This document shows positions 42,063-56,699 of a stretch of DNA of 64,000 nucleotides, piece by piece. The stretch comes from Octopus vulgaris (taxonomy: Eukaryota). The stretch is from assembly GCA_951406725.2 (NCBI GenBank), contig OX597824.1:58466001-58530000 (forward strand), written 5' to 3'. The position numbers and the translations under genes are program-made. A model generated the notes under the pieces. It saw only the letters and a list, made by a program, of their open reading frames with translations. It did no database searches and was not told the DNA's origin. Position 1 is the stretch's first letter. Each line of letters begins with the position of its first letter.

Positions 42063-42434
42063 ATAAGTTAAGTTAATTTTTTGGCTCAAAAAGCAAAAAG
42101 CAAGGCCATGTTGGGGGACATGGAGTTATGTACAGAGAGGGTGTTCATGCAAAGATTTCAGTCCATTTCTGGTCAAGAGAGACTTTGAACCGAGCGGTCG
42201 TCGGCATCTTCACTATCTCGCCCGGCAGCTTATTCCACGGATCCGCAACCCGGACGGAGAAAGCCCCTCTCCTTCGATTGAGATGAAATCGTCGCAGATA
42301 GAGCTTTTCGGAGTGACCCCGCAGCCGACGCTCTGGAACAGAAGTGAAGAACAGCTCTTTCAGGAGGTTACACTTTCCGCTTATGATGTTGTGAGCGAGA
42401 ATGAGATGACCACGGCGTCGTCGTTTTTCTAGAG
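42063..42434 (-). mobile_element. CR1-clade LINE 3' end, relatively young
   Basis: Open frame LEKRRRRGHLI...RGHSEKL...FSVRVADPWNKLP...; stop 42145-42147; (TTAAC)n tail. Confidence 0.88.
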
Positions 42435-42559
42435 GTTACAGAATGCCATCTACTATAACGTTGTAGTTGATAAGGCTAGATATGCGAAGACGTTTGTATA
42501 TATCCCTAATAGTTGCAATAACGACAGCAACGTCAATGTAGGTAATAGCTGTTACGGTA

Positions 42560-43240
42560 GTAATAAGGTCACTAAAAAAGAAATAAAAACGGTATTTTCG
42601 GCGTAAGTAACCACAAAGGCGGCAGAAACATGCTTAACCACGATGGGGCTAAATGCAGACACAACTTACACGAAACCCGTGATTCTGCAGATGATATAAT
42701 CCACCGAAGTAGAGGCTGTGGTTGTAAGCGCAACTTATTAGATAAGCGCAAAATACTGTGGTATAACCCACCTTTCCGACTACATATATCCTCGGAATTT
42801 TATTCCATATTCTTCCAAGATTTGAACAATCACTTTAGTAAATAATATAAAAAGGTTTTTAATACACGCACTGTTAAGGTATCCTGCTTAAAAACTCTGC
42901 ATTTGGTATATTACATAGCTGTATATAACAGTAGAAAACTCAATACTTACAATAAAAGCCAGAACAATAAGCCTAGTATTAGCAACCCGAAAATGAGAAT
43001 ATAATTATTCCCATAGTACAGAGGTCCGGGATAACATTGTAAATACTACAATGATTAATTTTCTGCAATAGCAGTACGAAAAAATATCAGGATAGTATTA
43101 ACTCATAGCCCACACATTATAACCGCTTATGTAACTATTGGAATAGAGGTAAGTTGTAACTTGAACAACGGTTGTCTCTTGAAAATATAGAATACAAATT
43201 CTTAGTCTGAGAACAGGATAATGTGTATCACTGTCAGTGT
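42560..43240 (+). mobile_element. Degenerate Penelope-like fragment
   Basis: RKILWYNPPF, KVFNTRTVKVS, CNLNNGCLL. Confidence 0.7.
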
Positions 43241-43324
43241 GATTTCTTCCAATATCTTAAGGAAGGGAGGAAATAACACTGCATTTCTTTAGTTGCTCTA
43301 TTACAGTAAAGGAATTTTTAAATT

Positions 43325-43722
43325 CTTTTATTCTTTTACTTGTTTCAATCATTTGAATGAGGCCATGCTGGACCACCAGCTTTAGTCGGACAAATGGACC
43401 CCAAGACTTATTCTCTGTAAGCTTAGTACTTGTTCTATCGTCTGTTATGCCGAACCGCCAAGTTACGAGGACGTTAACACAGCAACATCGGTTGTCAAGC
43501 GATTGTGGAGGGGATAAATACAGAAACACAAACATAATACATATATATTATATACATATACGGCGGGCTTCTTTCAGTTTCCTTCTACTAAATCCACTCA
43601 CAAAGAAGACACCGGCCCAAGGTGCTACGCAGTGAGACTGAACCCGGAGCCATGTGGTTGGGAAGCAAGCTTCTTGCCATACATTGACGCCTGCGCCTAG
43701 TTTCTTACCACACAGCCACACC
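43325..43722 (-). mobile_element. SINE family A
   Basis: Matches family A with an internal deletion. Confidence 0.8.
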
Positions 43723-44120
43723 TGATCGGTTATCTAAATTGCCTTTCAGCCTGTGGGTTGAAGAAGAGCATGCAAGTTATGATCTAGACGGAGGCTCCCC
43801 TTATTCTGGATTGCAGGTCAAGTTTAATAAACAAACGTAATGATCTATGTGATGCAATCGTAAATTTAGCAAAATTTTCCTTAAATATGGTTCTGCAATT
43901 CAGCAGTCTGGATAACAGGATATACCCGACTATAACTACTGCTGCCTCGGAATATCAAACTACTGCATTTCTAATATTATCTGGTTGTCCCATTTACCTT
44001 TCTCTCCTATTTATATGTAGGAATATCATATTTCTTTTCTCCCCTTTTGCCTTTTTCTTATATACATACATACATACATACATACATACATGGATAGATA
44101 CATACACATACATATATACA

Positions 44121-44172
<52 letters not shown>

Positions 44173-44477
44173 TAATTCTCTCTGTTTCATACATATATAT
44201 GTCTATCTGCATATCTGTATATGTACTTGTGTGTGATGGTACACAATTATAGCGTACGTTTATCTCCGCATACATTTGCATGGGCATATATGCACGCATG
44301 TCAGTGAGTATTTGAGTATGTGGATATTTTACACATCCTTGGGTGCATATATGCTCTGTTATGCGTGTATCTCTTGGCATATACGCTTAACTCAGTGGGA
44401 CCCGGTTCATAGGCATCCTTTGGTTTGTAATTTGCACATAATTATATATATATATATATGTGCGTGTGTGTGTGGAT

Positions 44478-45811
44478 ATATCAGATGCTGAGTTATACCT
44501 ACCAAGGTATGTTGCGTTTCGAACTGACAAGAAAGAATGACCCATGGTGGAGTGGCAATGTATATCCGGGAAGATGTCACACCTGTGGCCCTGCTGTCGC
44601 ACTCAAATTTAGTCTGTGATACTCTGGTGGTACACATTAAACAGATGGAACTAATAACATAACCATGTATCGCCCACCAGATGTTCCAAATCATGGAATT
44701 CATTTGAAGAGAGTCTCCAAGAAATGAAAGAAGTATTAACCAGCCTGGATAACAGTCTACACATACTTTTTTTTTAGGTGATTTCAACCTCCTTTACGTC
44801 AAATAGCCTGAAGGCCAAATTCTCTCAGGTACGTTACTGCATGACCTGAGGCATGCAGAATCTTTGTTTGACCTCACTAACATGCTCTTTATGGAACAAA
44901 TAGTGCTCCACCCAACAATGGGAAAAATACCCTGGACCTCTGTTTCACAAACAACACGGCGCTCATTCGTAATGTTGGGGTGACATCGAGGATTTTCTCG
45001 GATCATAACGTAATAGAACTAACAATGTATGGTCCGCAGAAGACTACAGACAAGCAAGCTACTAGAAGTACCCAACTCCTATGCAGCCTGAACGTTCAGA
45101 AATCTGATTGGAAGGGTATCGAGAAAGAGGTCTCGACAGAAGACATTGACCTAACGCTACAACACTTCATTATAATCATTGCAGTAAGTTTGCTCTAGAG
45201 AGAATGCCAAGCCAGCAGAAAAATATAACACCCAGAGATAGGAGGATTCTAATGAGACGACGACCAAAAATCTCAAATCGCCAAAATGGGAAACTAAAGG
45301 ATAACAAACAATCCTACCTCAAACGAACATTGCTCAAGAGCGAAAATGGAAAGGAGAGGGCAGAAAAGGAGGCCAGGGATGTTATAAATATTAAGATAAA
45401 GCCTAATGCCTCCTATGGATATGCAAACACAGCTGCTTCAGTACGGTACAAAATAGATCCACTACTTGAAGAAATGGCTCACCGACTGCAGACTCTAAGA
45501 GGATCAGCGAAATACGGAATGTGCAATACAAGAGTGTTTTCATAACTCTACTGGGATACTTGCAAGTAGCTATGTCTGATGAATTCTTTTGCTCCACAGA
45601 TTTACACAACAAAATGGCAATTATTGGCAGCATCAATATAAAGGTATCAGCCACTGATGAGACCAGCTAAAACTTAGCAACAGGCCCTGACGGATTCCCA
45701 GCAATCCTCCTAAAGAAATGCCAAGGGGCTCTAACTAGACCACTTCAGATTCTCTTTCAGAGCTTCCTCACAAAAGGAAGACTTTCCAAAGAGTTAAAGG
45801 AAGGCATTATA
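44478..45811 (+). mobile_element. CR1-clade LINE ORF2 fragment (APE endonuclease to RT start)
   Basis: HGGVAMYI, YRPPD, GDFN, LDLCFTN, SDHN, GPDGFPAILLK. Confidence 0.85.
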
Positions 45812-46110
45812 TGTGCTGCTTCATTTAGTTTTCGTATTTTCCAGTGGTGTTCTCTGCCTATTATTTTAACTTCATCCCACAGGGGATGATCATGTGTAGA
45901 AAAATGGAGACCACCTCCCCCTGTGGGAGGAAGTTAAAATAATAGACAGAGAACACCACTGGAAAATACGAAAACTAAAGTAGGCAGCACAAATGCTAGG
46001 ATACAACAACCTTCTAAGCAGACCGAGTGCAGATATGAATAGCATATGGGAACCGGTATTAAGGAAGAATAGGAAGATATTAGATTTATAAGCCCTAAAA
46101 TTCACCCCTT
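45812..46110 (+). mobile_element. Penelope-like GIY-YIG C-terminal fragment with inverted 5' copy
   Basis: HLPLWEEVKIIDREHHWKIRKLK*AA; arms 45812-45885 and 45918-45991 are inverted. Confidence 0.75.
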
Positions 46111-46197
46111 AAATGCCCACAGGCATATAGCGTAGTAGTTAAGCTCGAGGGCTACTAACCCCAAGGGCTACTAATTCCGCGTTCGATTCCAAGCAGT

Positions 46198-46380
46198 GAC
46201 TAAGAGGATGCCAAGAGGTAGGTGCCCAAATCATCACAGACCCATTTCTATACTTAACGTCACGGGCCTAACAGTCGGGATGATAGGCTTCTTTGGGCTT
46301 CTTCCATATGTAAAGCTGTGCTGGCTGACAGGTGCCACAGTATGAACCAGGTGCCACAGTATGAACCGTGTGCCACAGTA
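46198..46380 (-). repeat. Duplicate of Tc1 internal segment 47351-47514
   Basis: Near-identical direct repeat, with an extra gtgccacagtatgaacc unit. Confidence 0.9.
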
Positions 46381-46405
46381 TTAATCAGGCCCCACAGTAT
46401 ACATA

Positions 46406-47625
46406 CAGGATTTGGAAAAAATGATGGAAACACCATGCTAAATAATAGATTTATTATTGAATACGGAGTTGGGCCTGCTTTGGCTGCAATAACCGCTGCG
46501 ATAGCTTGAGAAATAGACTCATACAGCTTTTGAACATTTGCTAGAGTAAATTTGAGCCATTCAGCAATCAAAATCTATTCCAGCTCCGAGAGTGGCATTG
46601 GAGGAAGGTAGCAATTTCTTATTTATAGCTCCTAAGTGCACCATAAATATTCAATAATATTGATCAGATGATTGTGTGGGACACGAACTCGTTTGCATAC
46701 CGCCAGAGCTAAACTATCAAACTAATTTATGAGCGCATAACAAGTGATAAGGTCACTTGGGTGAGGAATGACCATGCTTCTCTTCTCTTTTAATAATGCT
46801 TCTTGATCTTCTTCTTGTTTCAACCATGGCTGCCTCTGCGTAATCATTTGTGTTGTTTAGTTTGTAAAACAGTAAGGGGAGAGGGTTGCAAGCATATCAC
46901 CATTTTACCCACATTTTTCTCATCCACATCTCTTTACCATATCCGATAATAGGTATAGATGCAAATCTATCTAATTACTTGTTTCCATCTAAAATCAGCC
47001 ATAACTTGGCTATCGGTCGACTAACAACACTGTTCTTCGTCTTGAGTTTACTTGGTGGAGTATGCTTGTTAACTTGACAACAAGGTCGAGGTGGGCTCTG
47101 ATTGGCTGTATGCAAAGGAGTTCATTACTGAGGTTCGCAACTTTTGTGGGAAAAATATTTCGCGTGAGGGACAATGTATGTGTTCCACTTCATTTTTATA
47201 AACTTGAAACTAATTTTGAACCACTTTAGTAATATGGATTGGTGCATTATCGTCTATAAGAAAATAATGCCTGCACCATAGGATGAACATGGTCACCCAA
47301 GATTTGTAAATACACCTGTGAATTCACCTCGTCATGAAATACAATTTTAGGACTAAGAGAATGCCAAGAGGTAGGTGCCCAAATCATTACAGACCCATTT
47401 CTATACTTAACGTCACGGGCCTAACAGTCGGGATGATAGGCTTCTTTGGGCTTCTTCCATATGTAAAGCTGTGCTGGCTGACAGGTGCCACAGTATGAAC
47501 CGTGTGCCACAGTATAAACTATTTTGACATGCCTTGTCAAATCCTTCGAATGAAAGGCACGCTTTTCCTCGGGTTGCACATGTTCTGTTGTGAACAATAG
47601 CCATATCACAGTTTACTGTGATATG
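46406..47625 (-). mobile_element. Degenerate Tc1-like transposon with an unidentified ~470-bp insert (about 46690-47160)
   Basis: IWKKPKEAYHPDC, GSVMIW, DDNAPIH, IAAVIAAKAGPTPY; TIR-like end after TA at 46404-46405. Confidence 0.8.
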
Positions 47626-47626
47626 G

Positions 47627-47730
<104 letters not shown>

Positions 47731-48207
47731 GTGTGTGTATGTGTGTGTGTGTATCTTTGTGCCTATGTTTGTCCCCCTGTGTCGGTCTGCTTACGTCTCC
47801 GTAACCTAGTTGTTAGGTAAAAGAAGCGATAGAGTAAGTACCAGGCTTAACGAAAAAGGTAAGTACTGGGATCAATTCATTCAAGTAACAAGTTTCTTCA
47901 ATGTAGTGCTCCAGCATGGCCGTAGTTTAATAACTCAAGCAAGTAGAAGATAAATAAGTGATCCCTCCATACCTTGACTGGAGGTGCAACTTTCAATTAG
48001 GAAATGAGACGCTGAAATAATCTCATGTTGTCGGCTCTTGTTCACACGTCGAAGAATTACTAATAGTAATGAATCGAATATATTAATTCTTCCACAGCGA
48101 GTTTAGTAAGAATTTTTTTGTTTAGATACTGGAACAGAGAAATTGGAATCGTATCGGAATCCTATTTTTGGAAATCTACCAGCAGCTTTATTTATTTATT
48201 TTACATT

Positions 48208-48293
<86 letters not shown>

Positions 48294-49465
48294 CTTTTCA
48301 AGTGAAACCTTGGACATAAATGAAGATATCAACAATTTTGATGAGTTTGACTCCGATGCAGTGTAAAATAAATAAATAGATAAATAAATAAATAAGTAAA
48401 CAAAAATAAATTAAGTTACAGGATGTGAAATTAGAATAAATAAATGAATGAAACTATAAATAAAACATTAAAGCAGTGGTATGGATGAAACATTAGGTCC
48501 TGTGATATTGCAGTTCTGAGTACATAGGAATTCGTGCTGTGAACTGTTGGTAAGGTAGATCATATAAGTTTATAAAATAGCCATAGTCACAGCATAGGGC
48601 CATGTAGAACCGCGTGAAGAGAGTGAGAGGAGGAGAAACATACATACAGTGAGGAGTGTATCGATATGGTTTGTACAAGGGTAAATATAAAAAAAATGTG
48701 AAAGATATACCAACGAAAATGTTTTAAAATTTGCCTTGGATTACTTTCAAGTCTTTTGGAAAATGCTACTCATATGGAATCTATTCCATGCTTGGCTGGA
48801 TTGATTCCAATCTTGCAGAAAGTTTGAAGCCAGTCAACTTGAAAGAATCTTTTTTATCTCCTGCTAAATAGGAAGTGAGGGTCCACCGAAAAATAAATGA
48901 TGAGATGGTCAGTGATGGAATGCTTTTGATCTTAAAGTTGCTCAGTCACTGCCAACCGGGGGTTAAACAACAAAAATAACTCGATAAATAACTAGATGAA
49001 AAATAATGAATATAAGATTACCGGGAAAATTAGCTGAAACAGGTTTAAATACGAATGATGTGGAATATTCTTGGTGCTAAGAAATTCTTCAGGTGAAATT
49101 AAAAGTTTAGTAATCAACGGAGGGGAAAATTGGCATTACATATGTATATTTTGCAATTTTTTGTAGTAAAACGTTCCAACATTTCTAAGTTATCAGTTTT
49201 CTCATGGAAGTTGAGGATTAACATAATAAAATTGGGGTATTAGTTTTTTTCTAATTTTGGCACAAGGCCAGCAGTTTTGAGGGTAAGTCGGTTACATCAA
49301 CTCCAGTGTTCAACTGGTACGTATTTTATTGACTCTGAAAGGTAAAGTCGAGCTCAGCGGCATTTGAATTCACAACGTAGAGAGGGATATGTAAGGCTGC
49401 TAAGCTTTTCATTCTGCGTGCTCATTATTTTTTACCAGCTAGCTATCTCAAATAATAATGATGAC

Positions 49466-49815
<350 letters not shown>

Positions 49816-49941
49816 TTAGAAAGTACTAATAGTGACTTGACAAACAGTACAAACCCCCGGCAGGCACAGTATCTTCAATCAACAATCTCACGATATTGTA
49901 TACTGTGCGACGTCTATAATAATAATAATAATAATAATAAT

Positions 49942-50498
49942 AAATGCCCTGATGCAGTACCAGGCAGTGGCTCCCATGGCTTCTGATCTTAACTGATTGG
50001 AAGTGTTATCATGTACATTGTTTTGTCTTGGTTTAAAAGATGGGCTACAGCAAATATTCTGCTCAATACCACAGATTTGCTTGTCAGTTGTTTGACTTTA
50101 ACCAGTTGAGCATGTCCCTTAGTGGCTGACGATATGTGCATCTCTGATCACGAGCAGAAGTAGTGGGGGAGCATCATAGCCATGTGTTGAGAGGGATTCT
50201 TTGGGGTTTAAATAATTCACCTCTGGAAACATGGGTGGTTCTTTCAACATCCTTAAACAACCCTTATTCGGGGACCTTTTGAGCGGGATGGGCTACTCAA
50301 ACTGAAGAAATTCTAACTGGGCCCCACATGCAAGGTCATGTGCTGTTTATCTTGATATGAGATCACCATGTCGCGCACATATGGTTGTGATGCATGTGCC
50401 TGGTGTACCCTTATCAGACGGGTAGTCATGATGGGTATATTGGGCTTCGTATATTTTACCCCAGTGTCACTTTGATGGCATGAACTGCTCTCTCACTC
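49942..50498 (+). mobile_element. ~560-bp non-coding (AAT)n-embedded element, copy 1
   Basis: aaatgccctgatgcagtaccagg...ctgctctctcactc, with (AAT)n on both sides. Confidence 0.85.
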
Positions 50499-50746
50499 AA
50501 TAATAATAATAATAATAATAATAATGATGATGATGATATTAATAATTTCTACTAAAGGCCTGAAATTTGTAGGAAGGAGATTATCCGATTGCATCAACCT
50601 CGGTGCTTCACTAGCACTTAAAGGATAAAAATCAAAGTTGATCTAGGTGGAAGTTGAACCCAGAACGTAAAGACAGACAATATACTGCTAAACATTTCGC
50701 CTGGCATGCTAACGATTCTGTCAGCCCAATCACCTTAAAATTAATA

Positions 50747-51304
50747 GCCCTGATGTTGTAAAAGGCAGTGGCTCTCGTAGCTTCTCATCTTAACTGATTG
50801 GAAGTATTATCATGTACATTGTTTTGATTTGGTATAAAAGATGGGCTACAGCAAATATTCTTCTCAATACCACCGATTTGCCTGTCAGTTGTATGACCTT
50901 AACCATTTGAGCATGTCTCTTAGTGGCTGATTATATATGCATCTCTGATCACGAGCAAAAGTATTGGAGGATCATCACACCCATGTGTTGAGAGGAATTC
51001 TTTGGGGTTTAGATAATTCTCATCTGGAAACATGGGGGTTTCATTCAACATCTTTAAACAACCCTTATGCAGGGACCATTTGAGCGAGATGGGCTACTCG
51101 ACTTGAAGAAAATTCTAACTGGGCCCCACCTGCAAGGTTATGCGCTGTTTATCTTGATATAAGATCTCCATGTCGCGCACATGTGGTTGTGATGCATATG
51201 CATGGTGTATCCTTATCAAACGTCTAGTCATGATGGATATACTGGGCTTCGTATATTTCACTCCAGTGTCACTTTCATGGCATGCACTACTCTCTCTTTC
51301 ACTC
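50747..51304 (+). mobile_element. (AAT)n-embedded element, copy 2 (more diverged)
   Basis: Colinear with copy 1; followed by ~280 bp of (AAT)n. Confidence 0.85.
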
Positions 51305-51305
51305 A

Positions 51306-51428
<123 letters not shown>

Positions 51429-51503
51429 GTAATAGTAATAATAATAATAATAATAGTAATAGTAATAATAATGATAATAATAATAATAATGATAATAATA
51501 ATA

Positions 51504-51579
<76 letters not shown>

Positions 51580-51583
<4 letters not shown>

Positions 51584-52196
51584 GCCCTGATGCAGTACCA
51601 GGCCCTGATGCAGTATAAATGCCCTGATGCAGTACCATAAATGCCCTGATGCAGTACCAGGCAATGGCTCTCATGGCTTCTGATCTTAACTGATTGGAAG
51701 TGTTATCATGTACATTGTTTTGTCTTGGTATAAAAGATGGGCTACAGCAAATATTCTGCTCAATACCACAGATTTGCTTGTCAGTTGTTTGACCTTAACC
51801 AGTTGAGCATGTCCCTTAGTGGCTGACGATATGTGCATCTCTGATCACGAGCAGAAGTAGTGGGGGAGCATCATAGCCATGTGTTGAGAGGGATTCTTTG
51901 GGGTTTGAATAATTCACCTCTGGAAATATGGGTGGTTCTTTCAACATCCTTAAACAACCCTTATTCAGGGACCGTTTGAGCGGGATGGGCTACTCAACCT
52001 GAAGAAAATTCTAACTGGGCCCCACCTGCAAGGTCATGTGCTGTTTATCTTGATATGAGATCACCATGTCGCGCACATATGGTTGTGATGCATGTGCCTG
52101 GTGTGCCTTTATCAGACGGGTAGTCATGATGGGTATATTGGGCTTCGTATATTTTACCCCAGTGTCACTTTGATGGCATGAACTGCTCTCTCACTC
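51580..52196 (+). mobile_element. (AAT)n-embedded element, copy 3 with reiterated 5' end
   Basis: Four tandem gccctgatgcagta units, then a body nearly identical to copy 1. Confidence 0.85.
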
Positions 52197-52298
<102 letters not shown>

Positions 52299-52448
52299 AA
52301 TTTCTTTTATTATTGCCTGCAGGGTACTTTCATAAATACAGTGAATATAGATATGGTTACAAGATGTGTAGCGATTGCAGGAAAGATCATCACGATACAG
52401 ATTCAATATAGTTTCTAAATTCTTATGACGTAAAGTATATATACATAC

Positions 52449-52489
<41 letters not shown>

Positions 52490-52622
52490 AGCATTTATGT
52501 ATATATGTGTGTGTGTGCGCGTGTATATATACATACACACATATATGGGGATGATGGATGGGAATACGTACTCTGTTATATCTGTGTATATGTTCTTAGG
52601 GGGATTAATCTTGGTCACTTAT

Positions 52623-52873
52623 TGTTGTGGTTAAATCCTAACATCGCTGTGGGATAACAAGTCAACTGTTCTAAACCGTATAAAGGCACATGCGCACTGT
52701 TAGTGGGACAGTCTGGTTTGTGCAGGCGCTTTGTGAAGACAGTCATAGAAGTCGTTGAGACGAGATATTGCTTTTTACCTATTGTTTCTGATTTATATTT
52801 GTATAGTTTTAGCCTTGTTATAAGTCTGCGTCATAATGTGGCATATACAGTGAGTTCAAAGAAGGACATAACA
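52623..52873 (+). repeat. Putative 5' LTR (TG...CA) followed by PBS-like gtgtcgacgag
   Basis: tgttgtgg start, ataaca end, directly upstream of gag; no partner LTR to confirm. Confidence 0.55.
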
Positions 52874-55770
52874 GTGTCGACGAGACACAACAGTGTCGGC
52901 GAAACATTCAAAGTTCGCGGTGGACGTCATTAGCATGGAAGACCTATTAGCTTCCGTGGTTCAGTTGCAACAACTACAACAAGAGCAGCAGTAGAAGCAA
53001 CTGTTGCAATGACAACTACAGCAGCAACAGCAAGAACATGTACAACAGCAACAACAACAACAAAATCAACAGTCACTGGAATTATTTTTGCAGTCAGAAA
53101 ACACTTCAGTTTTGTTTTCGGCAGACGCGGTTGCTAATTCAGTTGAAGAATTCGCGTATAATCCGGAAGAAGGGATTAGTTTTCTGCGTACTTCAGAAGG
53201 TATGAAGGAATCTTCAAGGAAGAATGTAAAAGCTGGACGGACGAAAAGAATGAACGTCTTCTTTTAAGGAAATTATCACCAGCAGAACATGAAAAGTTTT
53301 CTAATTACAACTTGCCGAGAAAACCATCCGAAATTTGTTTCGAGGAAACAATTAAGCTATTATTTAAAATATTCAGTAAAAGAAGTTCACTATTTAATAT
53401 TCACTGGGAGTGTTCGAATTCGTAAAAAAGAAGAAACGGAAAATTTCGTCACATATACCAAAATCGTAAACAGAGAATGTGAAAAATTTAAACTCAACGG
53501 ATTAAGCCCGGACATGTTTAAATGCTTAATCTTCGTACAAGGATTAACAGCAAGTAAAGATGCAGAGATAAAGGCTCGAATATTGACGAAGCTTGAACTA
53601 GATTCAAAACTAACTCTACGAACAGTCGCTGAAGAATGCCAAAGAATTATAAATCTACGACAGGACGCAGAAAAATTGAAAAAGATTATTCAAATATACA
53701 TACGTGCCGACTGGTAACAGATACGAAAAAGGAAAAACAACCTTCAAGACCCAAACCATGTTATGGATGTGGAGAAATACAATTCAAAAAGAAAATGTCT
53801 TTTTAATAATCTAAAATGTTTTGGATATGGGAAAATAGTACAGAAGAATTCATATTATTGGGTGAAACAAAAAAGGTCGAACGAAAAAAATTCGAGAAAA
53901 AATGCGAGGCACAAAAAGAAAATTTGTTTCTATAAAAATAAATGATGTGAATACGAGACTACAGCTGGACACAGGTAGTGCCATCACAATAATTCATGAG
54001 GATACATGGAAAAAATAGGAAGGCCTACATTGAAAATATCTGCGAAAATGGCGAGAAAACAATTACGATTTTTGGGCGAAATCAGTGAGGTAACATTTCG
54101 TGGGAAAACTTTGAAGGCTCAAGATTTTGTATCAAAAAATACAATGAACCTTTTTGACAGAATTGTTGAATTTATAGAACATCCCCATAAATATTTTTTG
54201 CAATAATGTAAACGGTTATAACGCGTCGGATAAGGATTCGGAAGATTTAAAAAAGAAATTGAGAATGATTTTTCCTGGTGTTTTTTTGGAAGAAGCACCA
54301 AGACAAAAGTAAAATTTCAAGAAAAAGAAAACGCCGTACCGCTGTTTAAACCGAAGCTGTACCTTTCGCGGCATTGAATCAGGTCAGTGAGGAATTAGAT
54401 AGGCTAGAAAAGCTGGGAGTTATAGAAAAATCTGATTATTCAGAATGGGTAACACCAACTGTTTATGTAAAAAAAAACAATAACAAAATACCAGTGCGCG
54501 GACTTTTTAACAGGTTTGAACGAATGTTTAAGGACATACAATTATCCACTACTTTTGCTAAGCTTAATGGGGGGAAATTTTTCTCAAAATTAGACTTGTC
54601 GGAGGTGTATTTATAATTACAAGTCGAGGAAGAATGTTTGAAATTATTAACGATAAACACTCACAAAGGTTTATATAAATTAAATCGACTTCCTTTCGGG
54701 ATGAAGGTGGCACTTAATATTTTCCAACAGTTGATAGATACGATGCTTGTGGATACGGATTTCGCTATAGCATATTTGGATGACATACTCGTAAAAAGTG
54801 AGTCTAGAGGCCAGCATGAGGAACATGTTAAAAGGAAAAGATAAAGGAGTATGGATTCAAATTTAACGAGTAAAAATGCGAATTTTTCATGCCAGAAATA
54901 AAGTATCTTGGGTAAGCTATCGATAAAAATGGTCGCAGGCCAGATCCTTCAAGACAGACGGCAATACAAATATACCTACCCCAAAAAATATTACAACATT
55001 TTAAGCGTTCTTAGGGCTCACAAACTAATACTAAATATACATACCAAACATGCATGAGCTAAGAGCAGCCCTAAACAACCAATTGAAAAAAAGGCATAAT
55101 ATGGTATTGGTCACACAGGTGTCAAAAAGCGTTCGAAGAAATTTAAAAAGTTTTATCGTCGGAATTGTCATTATCGCACTTTGATCCAAAATTGAAAATA
55201 GTTGTAGCAGTTCATGTCAAAGGAATTTAAGAGCTTTTGCAAAGTGCTTGCAGTGGGGCATATTACTACTCCGCCATACCATCCGAGATCAAATAGACTA
55301 GCAGAACGTTTCGTAGACACGTTTAAGAGGGTGCTGAAAAAATCTAGAAATGAACTACTAGCTGATACTGCACAAACGCAATTCTTAAGTGTCTATCGAA
55401 TAACACCTAACCCCAACACTACATCAGGTAAGCTGCCGACTGAACTAATGTTCGCCAGAAAAGTCAGTTCAGTGTTTGACAACTTGCTATAGGGAAGTAA
55501 AGAAAAATGGAGAGAAACACCGAAATAAGATGAAATACTTCAAACTTGGTGACAAGTTTTTTTTAAATATACAGTAACGAAAAGGAAAGTTGGGAAGAAG
55601 GTATAATAAGTAAACGTCTATGTATAATGTATTTGGTAAAAAGTCATGCGTAAGAACACAAGATATACCTAAATCAACTGAAAAAATGGTTTACGGAAGA
55701 AAGAATAAGATATGAAGAGCCAATAGAATTTCTTTATGACATTTTTGACATTCCGATTCTTGAAGAAATG
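52623..55770 (+). mobile_element. Decayed Gypsy LTR retrotransposon (K02A2.6/Mag-like)
   Basis: gag from ATG 52935 (FRRYEGIF, FKCLIFVQGL); protease LDTGS; RT SKLDLS, RLPFG, YLDD; integrase PYHPRSN.LAERFV; RNase H mostly deleted; no 3' LTR seen. Confidence 0.92.
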
Positions 55771-56250
55771 GAGCTAGTGATTCATTTTGCAAACCATTTA
55801 TAATAAAGATAATAATAATGAAAAAGGATAAAAACACGAAGAAATGCGTAAACAGCAATAGCTCTCAAGATTCTTTTAAAATTGTTATTAACAAGAGAAA
55901 TAAGTTTTCTGAAGCGACAGAAGTGAATCTTCTTCAAAAAGTCCTAGACGTACCTCTTGAGAAGATAAGTAAATAACTGAACTGAATAAGAGATGATTTT
56001 AAGCTAGAAGTTTCCACGTATTCTAACTACTTCTGTATTCAAACTATTTCTGTAATACCGTCATAGTTACAGGAAAGCAACGGCTGGGCAGAGGACTAAA
56101 TGTTTAACCGTAACTTGGTACAGTTTATTTATTGTCAGTTACTACGTTCAATCGATTTCGATAAAATAAATATACTGAGGTCTATTCATTTATAGTTACT
56201 TTCTTTCTCAGAATTACCTACATATCTAAAGAAAATCTCTGAGTATAATA

Positions 56251-56403
56251 GGAGCAGGTATGGCTGTGTCGTAAGAAGCTTACTTCCCAATCACATGATT
56301 CCGGGTTCAGTCCTACTGCATGGCACCTTGGGCAAGTGTCTTCTGCTTTAGCCTCGAGAATTGTGAGTGGATTTGGTAGACGGAAACTGAAAGAAGCCCA
56401 ACG

Positions 56404-56474
<71 letters not shown>

Positions 56475-56699
56475 GTGCGTGTGTGTATCTGTGCAGTCTC
56501 TGTGTTTTGTTCCCCGTACCACTTGAAACCAGTGTTGGGGTGTTTACATCCCCGTAACTTAGAGGTTTGGTTTAAAGAGAGCGATAGAATATGTACCAGG
56601 CTTTTAAAAATGTCTTGAGGTCGATTCATTCGAATAAAACCCTTTAAGGCGGTGCCCCAGCATAGTTACAGTCAAACTACTAAGGCAAGTAAAAAATAA
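56251..56699 (+). mobile_element. SINE family A
   Basis: tggctgtgtcg, ggttcagtcc, ccttgggcaagtg, internal (TA)(TG) tract. Confidence 0.85.
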
